64,000 bases of DNA from an uncultured Clostridia bacterium (GTDB lineage Bacteria; Bacillota; Clostridia; TANB77; CAG-508): positions 3,903 to 67,902 of the forward strand of contig CALXZX010000003.1 of assembly GCA_944393375.1 (NCBI GenBank), read 5' to 3'. Both the position numbers and the translations under genes were made by a program. The stretch's first letter is position 1. Each line of letters starts with the position of its first letter. The notes beneath the pieces were generated by a model. The model was not told where the DNA came from. It made no database searches and worked only from the letters and a program-made list of their open reading frames with translations. Positions 40,604 to 49,525 of the stretch are shown here, in pieces.

Positions 40604-40873
40604 ATGAACAAAAAAATGTATATATTTGAAGCAACCATAAAAAAGGTTCCAGATATAGATGGAGCATATATTGAATTTCCTTATGATGTAGAAAAGGAAT
40701 TTGGAAAAAAGCGAGTAAAAGTACACACAACATTTGATAATGAACCATATGATGGGAGTTTAGTGAGAATGGGAACAACTTGTCATATCATTGGAATTCG
40801 TAAAGATATTCGAAAAAAGATAGGAAAACAACCAGGAGATAAAATAAAAGTAACGATTGTAGAAAGAGAATAA
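40604..40873 (+). CDS. DUF1905-domain protein
   Basis: FEATIKKVPDIDGAYIEFPYDVEKEFGKKRVKVHTTFDNEPYDGSLVRMG matches the DUF1905 pattern. Confidence 0.7.
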   Translation: MNKKMYIFEATIKKVPDIDGAYIEFPYDVEKEFGKKRVKVHTTFDNEPYDGSLVRMGTTCHIIGIRKDIRKKIGKQPGDKIKVTIVERE

Positions 40874-40894
40874 ATATATAAAGGAAGATAGAAA

Positions 40895-42808
40895 ATGAAC
40901 TACAGAATTGTAAATGGCTCTATTTCTTATGGAGCAGAAACCATATTAGAAGAAATTAATTTTGAAATAAAAGAAAAAGATAAAATAGCGATTGTTGGAA
41001 GAAATGGAGCAGGAAAAACTACCTTTTTAAAAGCCATTATTGATAATGATATTTTAGAAGAAGGGATTGGAGAAGAAAAGTTTCATGTATATAAACAAGG
41101 AAATCCTGTGATTGGATATTTGCAACAAATGAACTTTCAAAATTCTAATAAAACTATGTTAGAGGAAATATTAGAAGTTTATGAACCAATTTTAAATTTA
41201 GAAAATAGAATACAAGAAAAAGAAAAAGCTTTGCAAGAAAATACGGATGAAAAATTGATAAAAGAATACACAAATGCTTTAGAACAATATGAAATACAGG
41301 GTGGATATCTATATAAAAAAGAATACGAAACAGCAATTAAAAAATTTGGTTTTAAGGAAGAAGATAAAGATAAAAAAATAAGTGAATTTTCTGGAGGACA
41401 ACGAACGAAAATTGCTTTTTTAAAGTTATTATTAAGCAAACCAGATATTTTATTACTAGACGAACCAACAAACCATTTAGATATTGTAGCAATTGAATGG
41501 TTAGAAAATTATTTGAAAAACTATCCCAAAGCAGTTGTCATTGTATCACATGATCGAATGTTTTTAGATAAAATTGTTAATAAAGTATATGAGATAGAAT
41601 ATGCCAGTATGGTTGAGTACAAAGGAAATTATACAGATTTTGAAGGGCTAAAAAAAGAGCGATATGAAAAGCAATTAAAAGATTATGAATATCAACAAGC
41701 AGAAATCAAAAGATTACAGTCAATTGCAGATAGATTTCGATATAAACCAACAAAAGCAAAAATGGCATTATCTAAATTAAAAAAGATTGAACAAATGACA
41801 ATCATAGAGAAACCAGAAGAATATGATTTAAAAACATTTTATGCGAATTTCGATGTAAAAGTACAAAGTGGAAAAATGGTATTAAAAGTAGACAAGCTAG
41901 AAATCGGATATGATAAACCAATTGCAGAAATATCTTTTGAATTATATAAAGGGCAGAAACTAGCTATCATTGGAGAAAATGGAACGGGAAAATCAACATT
42001 GTTAAAAACACTAAATGGAAATATACCTAAAATTGAGGGAGAATTTGAATATGGATATCATGTACAAACAGGATATTTTGACCAACAGATGGAATTTTCA
42101 AATCCGGAAAATACCGTATTTGAGGAGATAACACAAAACTTTCCAGAATTAACAACAACACAGGCAAGAACTTTGTTAGGAACATTTCTATTTACAGGAG
42201 AAGATGTCTTTAAGAAAATAAATGTACTATCAGGAGGAGAAAGAGGACGATTACAATTGTGCAAAATCTTAAAGAAGCAACCGAATGTGTTATTATTAGA
42301 TGAACCAACAAATCATATGGATATTGTAGGAAAAGAGAGTTTAGAAAACATACTAAAAGAATATACAGGAACTTTAATTTTTGTTTCTCATGATCGATAT
42401 TTTGTGAATAAACTTGCAGATTGTATATTAGAATTCGAAAAAGGAAAAGTAACATTTTATAACAAGAATTATCAAGAGTTTTTAGAATATAAAGAAAATC
42501 AAAAAGATACAATTGATGAAACAAAAGAAGTAGGAGAAAACACAAAACAGGTAAAAGAAAAGAAAAAAGAAACCAATCCATATTTTATAGAAAAAGAGAG
42601 AAATCGAATACAAAATAAGATGAATAAAATTGAAAAAGAAATCAATGATAAGGAAAAGAAAATTCAAGACATTGAAAAAGAGATGACGAAAGAAGAAAAT
42701 GCTTCAGATTATATAAAACTAAACGAATTACAAGAAGAAATACAAAAAATCAATCAAGAAATTGAAGAAAAAATGCAAGAATGGGAAAATTTGAATAATG
42801 AACTTTAA
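40895..42808 (+). CDS. ABC-F family ATPase (translation-factor type; tandem NBDs, no TMD)
   Basis: Two Walker A motifs (GRNGAGKTT, GENGTGKST), two signatures (FSGGQ, LSGGE), a linker, and a C-terminal coiled-coil K/E-rich tail. Confidence 0.9.
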   Translation: MNYRIVNGSISYGAETILEEINFEIKEKDKIAIVGRNGAGKTTFLKAIIDNDILEEGIGEEKFHVYKQGNPVIGYLQQMNFQNSNKTMLEEILEVYEPILNLENRIQEKEKALQENTDEKLIKEYTNALEQYEIQGGYLYKKEYETAIKKFGFKEEDKDKKISEFSGGQRTKIAFLKLLLSKPDILLLDEPTNHLDIVAIEWLENYLKNYPKAVVIVSHDRMFLDKIVNKVYEIEYASMVEYKGNYTDFEGLKKERYEKQLKDYEYQQAEIKRLQSIADRFRYKPTKAKMALSKLKKIEQMTIIEKPEEYDLKTFYANFDVKVQSGKMVLKVDKLEIGYDKPIAEISFELYKGQKLAIIGENGTGKSTLLKTLNGNIPKIEGEFEYGYHVQTGYFDQQMEFSNPENTVFEEITQNFPELTTTQARTLLGTFLFTGEDVFKKINVLSGGERGRLQLCKILKKQPNVLLLDEPTNHMDIVGKESLENILKEYTGTLIFVSHDRYFVNKLADCILEFEKGKVTFYNKNYQEFLEYKENQKDTIDETKEVGENTKQVKEKKKETNPYFIEKERNRIQNKMNKIEKEINDKEKKIQDIEKEMTKEENASDYIKLNELQEEIQKINQEIEEKMQEWENLNNEL

Positions 42809-42834
42809 AGGAAACTTTGAAGTTCATTTGTTTT
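42798..42834 (+). terminator. Terminator hairpin T2; its left arm encodes the last codons and stop of the ABC-F gene
   Basis: ATGAACTTTAAAG-gaaa-CTTTGAAGTTCAT followed by TTGTTTT. The TAA stop at 42806-42808 lies inside the stem. Confidence 0.7.
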
Positions 42835-42933
42835 GCCTGAAACATTGAATTTAAAAGAATAATCTATTGAAATTTCCATAAAATAGTTATATAATATTAG
42901 AGTTGAAAATTAATCAATTTAGGGGGAATTAAA

Positions 42934-43920
42934 ATGGTAAAAATAGCATTTTTTGATGCAAAAAATTATGATAAAGAAGTATTCAACAAATATAATAAGG
43001 AATACAAATATGATATTACTTATTTTGAATCAAAATTAAATAGTGAAACAGCACCATTGACAAAAGGATTTGATGTTGTATGTATTTTTGTAAATGATAA
43101 AGCAGATGCCAAAACATTAAAAATATTAGAAGAAAATGGTGTTAAAATATTAGCGTTAAGATGTGCAGGATTTAATAATGTTGACTTAGAAGAAAAAGGT
43201 AACTTGAAAATTGTACGTGTACCACAATATTCTCCATATGCAGTGGCAGAACATGCTGTGGGGTTATTATTAAGTATTAATAGAAAATTATATAAATCAT
43301 ATCAAAGAACTAGAAAATATAATTTTTCTTTAGATGGACTATTAGGATTTGATATTCATGGCAAAACAGTAGGTGTTATTGGTACAGGAAGAATTGGAAA
43401 AGCTTTTATTAATATTATGAAAGGATTTGGAACAAAAATCATTGCTTATGATACCTATCAAGATGAAAAATTTAGAGAAGAAGTTGGATTTGAATATGTG
43501 GATTTAGATACATTATACAAAGAATCTGATATTATTTCTCTACATTGTCCATTATTAAAAGATACAGAGAAAATGATAAATAAAGAAAGTATTGCAAAAA
43601 TGAAAAAAGGCGTTATTATCATTAACTGTAGTAGAGGAAAATTAATCAATACAAATGACCTTGTTCAAAAACTATCAGAAGGTAAAATTGGTGGAGTAGG
43701 ATTAGATGTATATGAAGATGAAGAAGAATTTTTCTTAAGAGATATGTCTAATAGCTATGTAAGAGATAAAAATCTATCTATATTACTTTCTATGCCAAAT
43801 GTATTTATTACTTCTCATCAAGCATTCTTTACAAAAGAGGCTTTAAATAAAATTGCAAGTGATACATTAGAAAATATAAAAAATGAAATGGAAACTGGAA
43901 CATGTGAAAACGAACTTTAG
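42934..43920 (+). CDS. ldhA: D-lactate dehydrogenase / D-isomer-specific 2-hydroxyacid dehydrogenase
   Basis: GVIGTGRIG NAD motif, catalytic R...E...H context (SHQAFFT), 328 aa. Confidence 0.85.
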   Translation: MVKIAFFDAKNYDKEVFNKYNKEYKYDITYFESKLNSETAPLTKGFDVVCIFVNDKADAKTLKILEENGVKILALRCAGFNNVDLEEKGNLKIVRVPQYSPYAVAEHAVGLLLSINRKLYKSYQRTRKYNFSLDGLLGFDIHGKTVGVIGTGRIGKAFINIMKGFGTKIIAYDTYQDEKFREEVGFEYVDLDTLYKESDIISLHCPLLKDTEKMINKESIAKMKKGVIIINCSRGKLINTNDLVQKLSEGKIGGVGLDVYEDEEEFFLRDMSNSYVRDKNLSILLSMPNVFITSHQAFFTKEALNKIASDTLENIKNEMETGTCENEL

Positions 43921-43946
43921 GGGATATTCCTTAAAGTTCATTTTCT
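43912..43946 (+). terminator. Terminator hairpin T3; its left arm encodes the last codons and stop of ldhA
   Basis: GAACTTTAGGG-gatatt-CCTTAAAGTTC followed by ATTTTC. The TAG stop at 43918-43920 lies inside the stem. Confidence 0.7.
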
Positions 43947-43987
43947 TTCAAATAGTTTAAAAATTTCAATAGATTTATTTTATTAAT

Positions 43988-44170
43988 TTAATTATATAGA
44001 TTTCTTTCATATAAATCTTGAATAAAAACATCTTTTTCTTCAAAGTTGTCAATAAATCCTACTTTTGCCATATTGTTATTTACTCCTTGAATCCATACAG
44101 GTCTATCATCATAAAAAACATCACACTTTTCTTTATTAGCTAATATAGAATTAATTCTAGAAATATCCAT
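43988..44170 (-). CDS. sspH: H-type small acid-soluble spore protein
   Basis: MDISRINSILANKEKCDVFYDDRPVWIQGVNNNMAKV matches the SspH pattern (M..R...I......V.Y.G.PVWI). RBS GGGAGGG. Confidence 0.75.
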   Translation of the reverse strand: MDISRINSILANKEKCDVFYDDRPVWIQGVNNNMAKVGFIDNFEEKDVFIQDLYERNLYN

Positions 44171-44379
44171 AAAAATCCCTCCCACAAAATCATACTAATT
44201 AAAATATATCCCAAAAGATAACTTTATATTCATAAAAATATTCTTGACAGGAAAAAAGATGAAAAAATTTGTATCAGAAAAAATATTTTAGTGGCATATT
44301 TTGACAAGTTTTTATAATGCTTGACTTAAAATTTGATTTCATATACAATAAATTAGGGAAAAACAAAAGGAGGAATAGT

Positions 44380-46020
44380 GTGAAAATACAATATAAAGAT
44401 AAGGTAATGGAATTAGATAAACCAATGACAATTAGTGAATTATTAAAAGAAGAAATTGAAAATAGTGAATATACAGTCGTAGCTGCTGTTTTTAATAATG
44501 AATATAAAAATTTAGAATCTATGATAGAAGAAGATGGAAAAATAGAATTAATTGATATTTCTTCAAAGGAAGGAATGAAAGTATATAGAAGGACATTGGT
44601 ATATATAGTAGGAAAAGCTTTTGAAAAGATTTGCCCTAATAAAAAAATGGAAGTCAATTATCAATTATCAAATGCCATGTTTTGTGATTTAATAAATCAA
44701 GAAGTAACAGATACATTTTTAGAAGAACTAACACAAGAAGTGAGAAGAATTGTAAAAGAAAATCTTCCTATTAGACAAGTCATTATGAATAGGGAAGAAG
44801 CTACAAAATTTTTTAATGAAACAGAAAGCTCAAAAGGAAGATTACAATTAGATTTAGAAGGCAATAATGAAATTTATATGTATTATTGTGAAGATTATTA
44901 TAACTATTGTTATGGAACATTGGCTAATCGAACAGGGGTTACAAAAATCTTTGAAATAGTAAAATATAATAATGGATTTTTAGTTAGATATCCAAGTCAA
45001 AGTGATCCAGAAAGAATGCCTAAGTTTGTAAAAAATAAAAAATTAGCTTGGGCTATGGAAGAATATGATGATATCAACAAAATCATGAAAATTGAAAGAG
45101 TATATCGTATAAATGAAGCCATAAAAGAAGGAACAATTAAAGATATTATCTTATTAGCAGAGGCTTTACATGAAAAGAAAATAGCAAAAATTGCAGATAA
45201 TATAGCCAAAAACAAAAATATAAAAATGATATTGATTGCAGGTCCATCATCATCAGGAAAAACAACTTTTGCGCAAAGATTAGGTATTCAATTAAAATTA
45301 AACAGAATAAAACCAGTAACCATTTCTGTAGATAATTATTTTGTAGAAAGAAAAGACACACCAAGAGATGAAAATGGAGATTATGATTTTGAATGTTTAG
45401 AAGCAATAGATTTAGAACTATTTAATGACCATTTAACAAGATTATTAAATGGCGAAGAAGTAGAAATGCCAGAATTTGATTTCCATGTAGGTACCAAAAG
45501 ATATAATGGTAAAAAATTAAAATTAGAAGATGATGAAGTATTGGTTATAGAAGGAATTCATTGTTTAAATGATAAATTAACCAGTAAAATACCAGCAGAA
45601 CAAAAATATAAAGTGTATATTAGTGCACTAACAGTACTAAATTTAGATAGATTTAACAGAATATCTACAACAGATACAAGATTAATTAGAAGAATTGTAA
45701 GAGATTATCAATTTAGAGGATATTCAGCAAAACAAACAATTGCTACTTGGAATAAAGTAAATGAAGGAGAAAAGAAAAATATATTCCCATTCCAAGAAGA
45801 ATCAAACTTTATATTTAATACATCATTAGTATATGAAATAGGAGCTTTAAAACCAATTATTATGCCATTATTAAAAGAAATTACGAAAGAAGACCCAGAA
45901 TACGCAGAAGCATCTAGACTAATGAATATGTTAAAATATTTTGAAGAAATATCAAAAGAATTTGTACCAAATAATTCATTATTAAAAGAATTTTTAGGTG
46001 GAGGAGATTTTAAATATTAA
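44380..46020 (+). CDS. Uridine/nucleoside kinase-family protein with an N-terminal TGS/ThrRS-SAD-like extension
   Basis: P-loop LIAGPSSSGKTTFAQRL and a PRK/uridine-kinase-like C-terminal half. GTG start at 44380 after aaaggagg. Confidence 0.75.
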   Translation: MKIQYKDKVMELDKPMTISELLKEEIENSEYTVVAAVFNNEYKNLESMIEEDGKIELIDISSKEGMKVYRRTLVYIVGKAFEKICPNKKMEVNYQLSNAMFCDLINQEVTDTFLEELTQEVRRIVKENLPIRQVIMNREEATKFFNETESSKGRLQLDLEGNNEIYMYYCEDYYNYCYGTLANRTGVTKIFEIVKYNNGFLVRYPSQSDPERMPKFVKNKKLAWAMEEYDDINKIMKIERVYRINEAIKEGTIKDIILLAEALHEKKIAKIADNIAKNKNIKMILIAGPSSSGKTTFAQRLGIQLKLNRIKPVTISVDNYFVERKDTPRDENGDYDFECLEAIDLELFNDHLTRLLNGEEVEMPEFDFHVGTKRYNGKKLKLEDDEVLVIEGIHCLNDKLTSKIPAEQKYKVYISALTVLNLDRFNRISTTDTRLIRRIVRDYQFRGYSAKQTIATWNKVNEGEKKNIFPFQEESNFIFNTSLVYEIGALKPIIMPLLKEITKEDPEYAEASRLMNMLKYFEEISKEFVPNNSLLKEFLGGGDFKY

Positions 46021-46022
46021 TT

Positions 46023-46053
46023 GGGACAATTGGGGACGTTTCTGAAATGTCCC
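46023..46053 (+). repeat. REP-like repeat, copy R5 (3' half inverted, forming GGGACGTTT-ctg-AAATGTCCC)
   Basis: GGGACAATTGGGGACGTTTCTGAAATGTCCC, directly after the kinase stop and abutting the RBS of the next gene. Confidence 0.85.
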
Positions 46054-46070
46054 AAACAGAAGGAGTAAAA

Positions 46071-46385
46071 ATGGAGAGTAGAAAATTCACGGAAATAGAT
46101 GAAGAATTTATATGTGAAAATTGTGGAAAAAAAGTTCCTAAATTAGGATATTCTTGTCGAGATCATTGCCCATATTGTTTACATTCAAAACATGTAGATA
46201 AAAATCCGGGAGATAGACAAGAAACTTGTCATGGGGATTTAGAACCAGTTTCTCTAGAAATTGATGGAAAAAAAGGTTATGTGATAATTTATAAGTGTAA
46301 GACATGTGGAGCAATTAGAAAAAATAAAGCAGCTAAAGATGATAATATGGATTTAATTATAGATTTAAGTAGTAGACAAATTTAA
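46071..46385 (+). CDS. RNHCP-domain zinc-binding protein
   Basis: CENCGKKV...CRDHCPYCLHSKHVD...CKTCG pattern. RBS aaggag. Confidence 0.75.
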   Translation: MESRKFTEIDEEFICENCGKKVPKLGYSCRDHCPYCLHSKHVDKNPGDRQETCHGDLEPVSLEIDGKKGYVIIYKCKTCGAIRKNKAAKDDNMDLIIDLSSRQI

Positions 46386-46444
46386 ACGTTGGGGACAGGC
46401 CAAATCGTTCAAAATTTGAACGATTTGGCCTGTCCCTAACGTTT
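46384..46444. repeat. 61-nt near-perfect palindrome (repeat R6) acting as a bidirectional terminator; it overlaps both convergent stop codons
   Basis: AAACGTTGGGGACAGGCCAAATCGTTCAA-aat-TTGAACGATTTGGCCTGTCCCTAACGTTT, a 29-bp stem with one G-U pair. It shares TTGGGGAC with the REP-like family. Confidence 0.85.
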
Positions 46445-48869
46445 AAATTTCTTTGTTCAAGTTTCCATTTGTATAATAGCTACCATCAAATCTTTGATTA
46501 TTGTGTATTCTGTGAATAATTTCATTGATTTCTTCAATGGTTTCATCCAAAATATCAATTCTTGCATAATCAATATTAAATTCTTTTGGATAGATAGATG
46601 TTATTTTACTATTAAAAATTGTTGTAACAGTTTGAATATTATCCGGTAAAATTCTAAATTTCATATGTAAACGGTCTTTCAATTCATATACATTATTTGT
46701 GATACATCTTTGTTTACAAGTTGGATAACATTTATCTGTTTCTCCTAAAAGACAATAATTCATATTTAAAAGTGGTGTTCTACCATAGACAATTAATTCG
46801 TTTGGTAAATCCATACTAGTACATAAATCCTGAATGATTTTTCTATTTAATTCAGGAGATATGGTATATCGGCAAATTCCTAATTTTTTTAATTCTTTTA
46901 TGGTATTTGAATTATACACATTAAAGGTGTAATTGGTAATTAATTCTAAATTTTTGTTCATGTCAGCGAAAAGTGTATGTAATAATTTTATATTACAGAT
47001 ATTTGAAATAACAAATCCTTTAATATGATAATTGTTTAAAGTATTTTCTATATTATTAGATAATAAATTTTTGTAATTTGATTTTATAATGGTTGGCATA
47101 TAGATGTATACATAAAATTTATCATCTAAAATATGTAAAATTTCTTGATAATCTTTCATAGAAAAATATTTTAAAGGTATATATACATTTTCAATGTTAT
47201 GAAGTTGTGTATAGTCAAAATCTTTGTGTAAAATGTTTAATAAAAGAGACAACTTTGTCTTTTTCATAGATATATCTGTGTTGGAATGTTTATGTGTTTT
47301 TTTAACAATAATCTTGTTAGGTGTTCTTTGCATTGTTTTTATTGCATATTGTTCTACCATTTGTAAAATGGTTCTTCTTAAATCATTTAAAGTACTTAAT
47401 TTAGGAATAAATACATTATGATCTAAGTCAATATCTAGTGTTTTAAAAGCATAAGGGGTAGAACCTGTTTTTGAAAATTGTGATATAACTGTATTTTTAT
47501 CTATTGGTCTTGTGATAGCTTTTAAAGGAAGAATATCACTTGTATATTGTATTTTTAAGTCTTTATACAATTCAATATTACTAGCTGATGTAACTGTAAT
47601 CGATATTGGTTTATTTTCTTTTATAACAATATGGCAATTTAAAAGTACTTTTCGATTTTCTTTTGAGCAACTATTTTGTGCAAAAAGATTTAATTTTTTA
47701 GAGCTCATTTTGTAAATTTGGTTACCTAACTTGATATTTCCTTTCATTCTACCAATGACAACTGTTTGACCAATTTCAGTAAATTTAATATTTTTCATAT
47801 TGGTATCCATTAATTCTGAAATAGTATAAGTTCCTTGTTCTTTTTCTAAAGAAATGGTATCTCCAATACCAATTGGCTCATTTAATTTAACTGTAATATA
47901 TCCTTTTTTATGATTGTATTTTTGTATTTTACCTAAGAATAATCCCATGTTATTTGGTTTTTCTTTAAATACTAAATTTCGGTTAGCTTCATTACTTAAG
48001 TGTCCAGATGAAGACATACCTCTATTAAATACTTGTAACAATTCTTTTTTATCATCTTCATCAATAATATATTCATTATCAGATAAAGCTAAATCGATAT
48101 ATTTTCGATAAATTCTGGTAACAGTTGCTACATATTCAGGTGATTTCATACGACCTTCAATTTTAAAAGATTTTACACCAGCTTGTATCAAATCAGGAAT
48201 GAATTCTAAACCACATAAATCTCGTGTACTTAATAAATATCCAGAGTTAATGGTTTTATTGTTTTCTAATAATTCAAAAGGAAGTCTACAAGGACCTGCA
48301 CATTTTCCTCTGTTTCCTGAACGACCACCTAACATACTAGAAAATAGACATTGTCCGGAATATGAGATACAAAGTGCTCCATGGATAAAGGTTTCTATTT
48401 CAATATTTGTATTTTTACAAATATAATCAATTTCATTAACAGAAAGCTCTCTTGCAAGAACAACCCTTCTAAAACCAAGTTCTTGTAATTCTAAAGCACC
48501 ATTTAGGTTATGGACAGTCATTTGTGTACTACCATGAATTGGTAAATCAGGAAATGCTCTCATTAGTGCCAAAGCCAATCCTAAATCTTGAACAATAATG
48601 GCATCAATTCCAAATTCATATGCTTTTTTTGCTATATTCATAGCAGATTCAAATTCTGTATCTGTTACTAAAGTGTTTAATGTTAAATGGGTTTTGACAC
48701 CACGAATTTTTGCATATTGAATGGCTTTTTCTAAATCTTCAAGAGAAAAATTAGTAGCAAAAGCTCGAGCACTAAAGGTATCGCTACCGAAATAGACGCT
48801 GTTAGCACCATTTTGCACAGCAGCTTTTAAACATTCAAAATTTCCAACAGGGGAAAGTAGTTCAACCAT
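46443..48869 (-). CDS. U32-family peptidase (collagenase-like, with DUF3656-type C-terminal extension)
   Basis: MVELLSPVGNFECLKAAVQNGANSVYFG N-terminus, E-x-F-x-H-G-A-L-C (ETFIHGALCISYSGQC) motif, 808 aa. Confidence 0.85.
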   Translation of the reverse strand: MVELLSPVGNFECLKAAVQNGANSVYFGSDTFSARAFATNFSLEDLEKAIQYAKIRGVKTHLTLNTLVTDTEFESAMNIAKKAYEFGIDAIIVQDLGLALALMRAFPDLPIHGSTQMTVHNLNGALELQELGFRRVVLARELSVNEIDYICKNTNIEIETFIHGALCISYSGQCLFSSMLGGRSGNRGKCAGPCRLPFELLENNKTINSGYLLSTRDLCGLEFIPDLIQAGVKSFKIEGRMKSPEYVATVTRIYRKYIDLALSDNEYIIDEDDKKELLQVFNRGMSSSGHLSNEANRNLVFKEKPNNMGLFLGKIQKYNHKKGYITVKLNEPIGIGDTISLEKEQGTYTISELMDTNMKNIKFTEIGQTVVIGRMKGNIKLGNQIYKMSSKKLNLFAQNSCSKENRKVLLNCHIVIKENKPISITVTSASNIELYKDLKIQYTSDILPLKAITRPIDKNTVISQFSKTGSTPYAFKTLDIDLDHNVFIPKLSTLNDLRRTILQMVEQYAIKTMQRTPNKIIVKKTHKHSNTDISMKKTKLSLLLNILHKDFDYTQLHNIENVYIPLKYFSMKDYQEILHILDDKFYVYIYMPTIIKSNYKNLLSNNIENTLNNYHIKGFVISNICNIKLLHTLFADMNKNLELITNYTFNVYNSNTIKELKKLGICRYTISPELNRKIIQDLCTSMDLPNELIVYGRTPLLNMNYCLLGETDKCYPTCKQRCITNNVYELKDRLHMKFRILPDNIQTVTTIFNSKITSIYPKEFNIDYARIDILDETIEEINEIIHRIHNNQRFDGSYYTNGNLNKEI

Positions 48870-49127
48870 AATTCCACCACCTTTTTCGTTTTATACTATA
48901 TATATTATTTCGAAAAATCTTTTTTAATTAATTTTACCTAATTATACCATAAAATGCTTGAAAATTCTAGGTTACATAAAATTACAACAAAAAGACGGGA
49001 AATATTTTATTGATTATTGTCAGATAAAATATGATTAGAACATTTAGGAATTTTTTAATAGCATTATTTTACCCATAATAAACAAAAATGTGATTTATAG
49101 AAATAAAAAATATTTCATTTTGTTCGC

Positions 49128-49155
49128 TTGAAATGTTAAAAAAATAGTATATAAT
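49128..49155 (+). promoter_or_regulatory. Near-consensus sigma-A promoter for the small hydrophobic ORF
   Basis: TTGAAA (49128-49133), a 16-nt spacer, then TATAAT (49150-49155). Confidence 0.55.
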
Positions 49156-49218
49156 AAAGAACATAGGAAAGAGAAAAACAGATGTGGTTTGCCTCCTACA
49201 TAATAGGAGGTGATGCAT

Positions 49219-49341
49219 ATGATAGAAATAGAAACTTTATTATTGATTATAAAATTACTATTTGCTGGTCTAGTATCAGTAACTATCATTACATTTACCT
49301 TAATTATAGCAATCGTTGTAATTATGAGTAAACAAAAATAA
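49219..49341 (+). CDS. 40-aa hydrophobic peptide, candidate type I toxin (below the ORF-track length cutoff)
   Basis: MIEIETLLLIIKLLFAGLVSVTIITFTLIIAIVVIMSKQK has one TM segment and a basic C-terminus. A GGAGGTG RBS lies 8 nt upstream and is sequestered in a CCTCCTA-cataa-TAGGAGG hairpin. Confidence 0.5.
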   Translation: MIEIETLLLIIKLLFAGLVSVTIITFTLIIAIVVIMSKQK

Positions 49342-49350
49342 AATACAAAA

Positions 49351-49390
49351 AAACACACATCTGTATTTTGCCGAAAAAGATGTGTGTTTT
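49351..49390. terminator. Bidirectional intrinsic terminator
   Basis: AAACACACATCT / AGATGTGTGTTT 12-bp stem, with an A-run upstream and a T-run downstream. Confidence 0.75.
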
Positions 49391-49525
49391 TAACACTTCA
49401 CGAGGCAAACCACATAGTGGTTTCTCCTTCCTATACAAATATTATATCATAAAAATAATAAAAGTCAATGAACCTAGATAATTTTGAAAAATGGATAAAA
49501 TTTCAAAACAAAGGAGCAAAGATAC

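Noticed and set aside
49095-49358. 87-aa minus-strand ORF overlapping the small hydrophobic + strand ORF.
   Set aside because: It has no RBS and runs antisense through the promoter, the RBS hairpin and the 40-aa ORF. The + strand peptide has a canonical GGAGGTG RBS and promoter. The +1-frame uORF starting at 49182 (MWFASYIIGG...) was also considered and judged less likely, though not excluded.
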